In this document: piece by piece, positions 61,190-64,000 of the stretch
Position numbering within the stretch: the stretch's first letter is position 1
Layout of the letters: each line of letters begins with the position of its first letter
NCBI GenBank assembly: GCA_949358305.1
Contig: OX442314.1
Span: 1,736,001 to 1,800,000, forward strand
Source: Strigamia acuminata
Lineage: Eukaryota
Reading direction: 5' to 3'
DNA length: 64,000 bases
The notes under the pieces: generated by a model
Databases searched by the model: none
What the model saw: the letters and a program-made list of their open reading frames with translations, nothing else
What the model was told of the DNA's origin: nothing
Translations under genes and position numbers: made by a program

Positions 61190-62515
61190 AGCTTTCTATA
61201 AATTTCCGTTTAGTCGCCACCTTTTGGGCCTAGGCCAACTTGGGACACGAGCGATTTTGCCAACCACCAGAAACGGTCCACAGATCGTTATTCTATTCGG
61301 CCGAAGTCGACGCGACCAGTTTCGTCCGTTTTTCCCGGCGCTCCGAACGTCATTCGCCACAGGAAACGGCGCCGGCCCGGCCATTCCAACCAACTCGCCG
61401 TACCCGGTTCGGATTCTCGCGAAATGCCTCAAAATACGTGAGTATCTTGTTCCGAACGAACTTGCTCACCACCTCCACATCGTTGATCAATTCGTCGAAC
61501 TTGTCTGTTTTCCTCCGGGATGTTCATCGGGGCTTTTTCGGTTTGTTTCAGCTGTTTAGCGATCAACCGATCGATCACTGTGTTCCTTCTGTTGGGATTT
61601 GCGCTCTCTGATTAGAGCAGCGCGTAAACCTCGTTCAGATCTACCACGAGATCCGAATACAGTTCACGAAGCATGTTTATGATCAAAGTCACTTTCTAGA
61701 TACAAATTTGTGAGTGTTCGGACGGACGCCACGTGGTCTGGGGAGGACCGCGAGGCGCTGGACGCAACACACACGATGATTAAATCCACGAAATACACGA
61801 AAGACACAAGTTTAGGTTTTGGTTATTACTTTATTGTTGTCTAGGGGTATGATATGGTGTCTCAAGGTGTATTTCCCAAATGTAATAGCGGTTTTGCCGC
61901 TATTCCTGATTGACCACGTGTCACGGCAATCGGTAGATCGCCATGACACGCGAGATCGGTTATTGCAGTTTGTGCCGCGTCGTCGCAACGTTCTTACGAA
62001 CGTGCGGCGAACACGGCGTGTTGGACGCTTCAAGTCCCGACCGGCGACAGCATTGCTGCGTCGGTCCTTCGGGTCTCAACTACGATCGGCATTGCAAAGA
62101 AGGTCGGAACACGACCGTTCGCCATGCTGGTCAAGAATCAACTGTCGGGCTTCTGCGGGGCCCACCACTTCCGGAAGGGGCACTTCCGGTTCCCAATTGG
62201 CCGGAGCCAAATGACCAACAGCTCCACCTGGTGCGGGGGACCGCGCCAGGTCGCGCACGAGAAACACACGAGGTGCGCGAGAGCTGGGAAGCGCCGTGTG
62301 TTGCAGTGAAGTGACACAGCCTGAGTGGGCAGCTGGTCACAAATTGAATGCATTTTAATTTAGTTTGAAACTTGTGAAGTGTGGCAATAAATAATTTACG
62401 ATCAAATATCTCTGAAATGTCATTTTTTTTTGCCTGCGCGCAACAGTCGCGCGGGGTCAAGGGCAATTATGCCGGAATGTCCGGACGATCCGTTGCGTCG
62501 TCGTCGTCGCTGCTC
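61190..62515 (-). pseudogene. RNF216-like exon 1-2 fragment, inverted partner of 60700-61150, with a solo LTR in intron 1
   Basis: DKFDELINDVEVVSKFVRNK, GMAGPAPFPVAND; exon-1 remnant DDDDATDRPDIP at 62510-62470. Confidence 0.8.
61709..62341 (-). mobile_element. Solo LTR, 633 bp
   Basis: TGTGA...TCACA termini, 4-bp TSD AATT, AATAAA on the minus strand ~61830. Confidence 0.85.
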
Positions 62516-63258
62516 TTACATGCACTTATACCAACACCCAACGACCTTATGATGTAAAAATGTAAATAAAGTGAAAAATGAACCTTTTAAGATGGAAAAG
62601 CGTAAATTATTTTAATTTGTAAAAATGTAAATAAAGTTTAAACCGATGAAATTTTTCGATGAGATAAATTTAAAATTGTGCGCTAAGACGCGCCGTTGTT
62701 TGATTTGTCTTTGCTTATTGATACAAATTTGGATTTTGCCGGCAGGTAGAGCAACTGCATCCGTATTTACCAACACAACCATCACAACCACCGCCCACAT
62801 CATTTTCACAACCTTTATTGCATTCAGCTTCGAAACCAGATGACCAAACGGTTAAGGTTGGATGTCCCAACCACCCGGAAACGTCGCGTGTAAATAATAT
62901 AATTCAAATAGTTTGTCCATTTCTCAAGAAAAGTTTGTATATGTATCCGTGACCATTAGTCTGTCTTGACCAGGGCGCTAAGCAGACCGTTCGCGACCAG
63001 CCGACCAACAAGATCGAGATATTACCCTTTATTTTTGGTTGAAAAAAAAAAACAAAAAAACCAAACAGCTCGGATTGCATGAAGTGCAGAGCCACAAAGT
63101 AAACAAATATCAATTTTAAAACAAAAAAGTCGTAATCAATTTTTTATTATTTCTTTAGCATGTGTTTCCATTGATTTTTCATATTGATAAAATGTCTACT
63201 TTTTATTCTGGTGCTGGTGCCCAGTTCGTCTCTTGTTTGGACACACGTGCTTATTTTC

Positions 63259-63495
63259 TCAATCCTGGTCGTGGTCACAATTGCAGTTATCGTCGTCGTC
63301 ACAATGACCGTCTCTTTGATGATCATTCTGACATTGATCTTGGCATTCATTTCCGTCACACGCATTTGCTGTCATGGCTAATCGGATGAAAACATGTCGA
63401 TGCTAAAAAAATTAATAGATTATTTTTCATGCAAAATATAACTTACCCATGAACGACAGAATTACAAGGAACAAGATGAATGCTAGATATTTCAT
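63259..63495 (-). CDS. Secreted anionic CS-alpha-beta (defensin/toxin-fold) peptide, 55 aa
   Basis: Exon 1 63495-63447 (MKYLAFILFLVILSFM), phase-1 GTAAGT..TAG intron of 69 nt, exon 2 63377-63259 (AMTANACDGNECQDQCQNDHQRDGHCDDDDNCNCDHDQD*); AATAAA at 63207-63202. Confidence 0.85.
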
Positions 63496-64000
63496 TTTCG
63501 ACTGATGAAACAAGTTGGAGAAACAAATTGACCGGTGGCTTGTGCAAGATTTTGTTAGCAGGATGTGACTGCTCCAGATTGCCTTAGTTGATATACACAA
63601 AATGTAATTACAGTTAATGGCCATGTGTGGAATTCAATTGTTTCTATTCACTTGATTTCATTACACAATAACTTTTAATGTTTTAATTAATTAAAATGAA
63701 TTGATAGCTGAGTAACAATCAGGAAAATGCAATTAAACTATACTTGACACGAGTTAAGGTTATTTAAATTTTAAATTCTGAATTCTAAATTCTACTCCGT
63801 AATTTATAATTAATAATTTATCAATTGATTCTTACTTTTCCCGAGCCATTTTTAATCCAAAACTAAAAAAAAAAATTCAAAAATTGATGTAAATGATTCT
63901 ATCCTTTGACTATTTCATATTTATGTTGAAATTTAACCAATTTGTTATACATTTTCGAAAGAAGTGTGACAAATATAATTGAGATTGAAAGCAAAAGTAG

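Noticed and set aside
62612..62809. ORF with a signal-peptide-like start (MMWAVVVMVVL)
   Set aside because: Overlaps the duplicated RNF216 upstream region (also at 60500-60600); no splice gives a convincing product.
63147..63389. Hydrophobic ORF 63184-63381 and neighbouring ORFs
   Set aside because: Antisense or off-frame shadows of the spliced Cys-rich peptide exon.

Overview
AT-rich, intron-containing invertebrate (probably arthropod) DNA; the species cannot be identified from the sequence. The window is a rearranged, transposon-rich gene nursery. Main result: two complete 11-exon DEG/ENaC (pickpocket/ASIC-family) genes, at 3957-7734 (+, ~797 aa) and 38894-34836 (-, ~795 aa). Each encodes two full channel subunits in one chain (TM1-ECD-TM2-linker-TM1-ECD-TM2). 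The fusion joint lies inside one uninterrupted exon, and the intron-phase pattern 0,1,0,0,2 occurs twice per gene. Also present: a two-exon, strongly anionic CS-alpha-beta (defensin/scorpion-toxin-fold) peptide gene missed by the ORF track (63495-63259); a near-complete RNF216/TRIAD3-like RBR ligase plus six scattered partial copies; an RNF8-like gene plus fragments; three C2H2 zinc-finger copies; CMTR1, LRR and galaxin-like pseudogenes; one BEL/Pao and two Gypsy elements that keep Gag-protease but lack RT; solo LTRs; nested MITEs; and a 21-bp phased A-tract satellite. All gene models were spliced by eye and need RNA evidence.
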